Below, piece by piece: positions 46,559 to 48,243 of a stretch of DNA of 48,243 bases. The stretch covers positions 1 to 48,243 of the forward strand of contig JBHLJY010000017.1 in NCBI GenBank assembly GCA_048887225.1, in the 5' to 3' direction. Under the pieces are notes generated by a model. The model searched no databases. It was not told the DNA's origin and saw nothing but the letters and a program-made list of their open reading frames with translations. A program made the position numbers and the translations under genes. Origin of the DNA: Candidatus Hodarchaeota archaeon (GTDB lineage Archaea; Asgardarchaeota; Lokiarchaeia; Sigyniarchaeales; SOKP01). Positions within the stretch are counted from its first letter, which is position 1, and each line of letters begins with the position of its first letter.

Positions 46559-48243
46559 TTGAACAGAAAGAAGCTTTTATTTTTAATAATCGGAACTCTT
46601 ATAATTATCGTAATGTTTTCAAAGGTGCCCACATCTTCTACTAATACTTATGGGGGGCAATATATAGAAGAATATCCCCGCATTTCTGCCAGTTTAGAAG
46701 GTTCAGAAAATTTAATAGCTATATCTATTAGTAGAGATGCTGAATTAAATGGCTATGGTGTAGTAAATATCGTAGATTCAATCGCATTTAAAAATTTAAA
46801 TACAAATCCAATAAATTCTATTTTTTTAGGTGTGCCTTTGTCTCGCTCTGATGATTTAGTGTTTTTTGAAGCCACAGGAGAGCATGAAAATACCTTATTA
46901 TCTGAACGCACTGAATTTGCAATGGATGAATATGAGATGATAGCGATTTATTTTGACGCACCTTTATTACCGCAACAAGTAAAAACAATAAAATTTATAC
47001 AAACTTACAAAGACATGTTAGTTTATGAAAAAGAATTAGGTCTTGCGCAAGAAATTAATTTTACTAGCATAGTTTTCCCCGTTTTGCCATATAAAGCAGA
47101 AGGGCAAATAATTGCGAATTTTGAAATACCAACCAGTTCACAATTAGAATCTAACAATCTCGGAGAAATACAACCAGGAGGTAAGTCTGTTACTTACGTA
47201 GAATCTTTGCTTGAACCTTTCTTAGAAAATTTAGCTGAAAAAACAATTCAAATCGTATTTACAGATAATACAATAACTAAATTAGAAGTAAATGAAATAC
47301 TCAGAGAAATTTATATTAATCCATTTGGAACTATTAAAGTAAAAGAAGAGTATTTAATTAAAAATTCTGGCGCTATATCCACTGATGAGTTATCATTCGA
47401 AATTCCAGGACCCGCTAAAGCCATAACGGTCTATGATGACTTGGGAGAAATTTTAGGAGTAGAAGTTGATCCTGAAGAAAATTATTTCAACTTAACGTAT
47501 AAGGATTTATATATCGATCTATCTGAAAATCGCGTAAAAATTAACCCCGATACTAAATTTAGATTCACAATTCAATACTTCTTGCCATTTGAAAAATATG
47601 TTACGTTAAATTGGTTTCAAGAATCAATTAAAATGGATGTTCTAACATCTATTTACCAATTTTTGGGAAAAGATCAAATAATAAAAATAAATATAGAGGG
47701 ATGTTTTAGTTTGGATTATGTAAGCGAACCCACAGATGCCATTGAGCATACAGGAAATTCTCTTATCATAGTCTTTATGTCTGATTATGTTAGCCCATTA
47801 GAAAGAAAAGAAATACAATTCACATTTACAATTAATTTCTTTGATATCGCATTAAGACCACTTATATTTATTATATTAATTGCTTTAATCTCATCTGCTT
47901 ATGTATTAATAATTAAATCTAGAAAAGAAGAGGCTGTTATAGCTGTCTTTAGAAAAGAATTAATTCCTGTTAACGAAATTCGTGAATTCTGTTCTTTATT
48001 AGAAGAGAAAAGTGCTTTAATTTTAGAAATTAGACAGGCAGAAGCAGATGTAAAGCGAAAGAAAATTATAAAAAAGAAATATAGAAATATCTTAAATAAA
48101 AATACTTCAAAAATACAAGAAATAGAGAATGAAATCGTTCCTTTTAAAAAAATCGTTATGGAAGTAAATGCTACTTTCGAAAATTTAGTGAAAAAAATAG
48201 AGCTTCTAGAAACTGAGCGTGTGAGCGTTAAAGATAGTTTGAA
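46559..48243 (+). CDS. Ribophorin I (OST1/RPN1)-like protein, 3' end truncated by the window edge; not in ORF track
   Basis: Manual translation from TTG 46559 is open to the window end (561 codons): signal MNRKKLLFLIIGTLIIIVMF; ISRDAELNGYGVVNIVDSIAFKN; LEVNEILREIYINPFGTIKVKEEYLIKNSGA; VYDDLGEI; NRVKINPDTKFRFTIQYFLP; TM LRPLIFIILIALISSAYVLII; then a charged helical tail. These parallel ribophorin I motifs R.IEvSHWG...veE...l.n.GA, yyrD.iGnI, R.Pl.GGW...f..gY..P and EPL-TM. Confidence 0.78.
   Translation, partial: MNRKKLLFLIIGTLIIIVMFSKVPTSSTNTYGGQYIEEYPRISASLEGSENLIAISISRDAELNGYGVVNIVDSIAFKNLNTNPINSIFLGVPLSRSDDLVFFEATGEHENTLLSERTEFAMDEYEMIAIYFDAPLLPQQVKTIKFIQTYKDMLVYEKELGLAQEINFTSIVFPVLPYKAEGQIIANFEIPTSSQLESNNLGEIQPGGKSVTYVESLLEPFLENLAEKTIQIVFTDNTITKLEVNEILREIYINPFGTIKVKEEYLIKNSGAISTDELSFEIPGPAKAITVYDDLGEILGVEVDPEENYFNLTYKDLYIDLSENRVKINPDTKFRFTIQYFLPFEKYVTLNWFQESIKMDVLTSIYQFLGKDQIIKINIEGCFSLDYVSEPTDAIEHTGNSLIIVFMSDYVSPLERKEIQFTFTINFFDIALRPLIFIILIALISSAYVLIIKSRKEEAVIAVFRKELIPVNEIREFCSLLEEKSALILEIRQAEADVKRKKIIKKKYRNILNKNTSKIQEIENEIVPFKKIVMEVNATFENLVKKIELLETERVSVKDSL

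Noticed and set aside
1-48243. tRNA, rRNA, CRISPR arrays, transposases, integrases, defence systems
   Set aside because: Intergenic gaps are short and AT-rich with no GC-rich structured segment or regular repeat array seen, and no ORF has such motifs. A covariance-model scan would be needed to exclude small ncRNAs.

Overview
AT-rich, densely coding archaeal chromosomal DNA, most consistent with an Asgard archaeon of the Lokiarchaeia type. This assignment is an inference from archaeal core genes (MCM, GINS23-like, type II MetAP, Sec61beta, CofD/CofE) occurring with eukaryotic-signature-like proteins (Rab-like GTPase, roadblock, longin-like, Bet3/V4R-like, ribophorin I-like, HEAT solenoid). Left to right: a partial GINS23-like gene missed by the ORF track; a polytopic membrane protein with a long HEAT solenoid; MCM; Rab-like GTPase; HDAC-family deacetylase; a Pro-repeat/coiled-coil/Zn-ribbon protein; a 7-gene MoxR-DUF58-DUF4350-DUF4129 cluster led by a large surface protein with an apparently inactivated transglutaminase domain; a lipS2-lpl-lipS1-fbiB-cofD cofactor operon; a bacterial-core/archaeal-tail LeuRS; two longin-like genes; flavin reductase, bacterial-type TIM, lone HdrC and thioredoxin; a tight V4R/Bet3-V4R/Bet3-glycyl radical enzyme-activase unit; GNAT, a hypothetical gene and roadblock; MetAP; glycosylation genes, MazG and Sec61beta; and a divergent partial ribophorin I-like gene also missed by the ORF track. 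I saw no rRNA, tRNA, CRISPR array or mobile element. Best candidates for undescribed systems: the V4R/Bet3-GRE unit, the pseudo-transglutaminase MoxR surface system, the membrane HEAT protein between GINS and MCM, and the Sec61beta/ribophorin I/glycosylation locus. All family calls come from motif recognition by eye; no searches were run.
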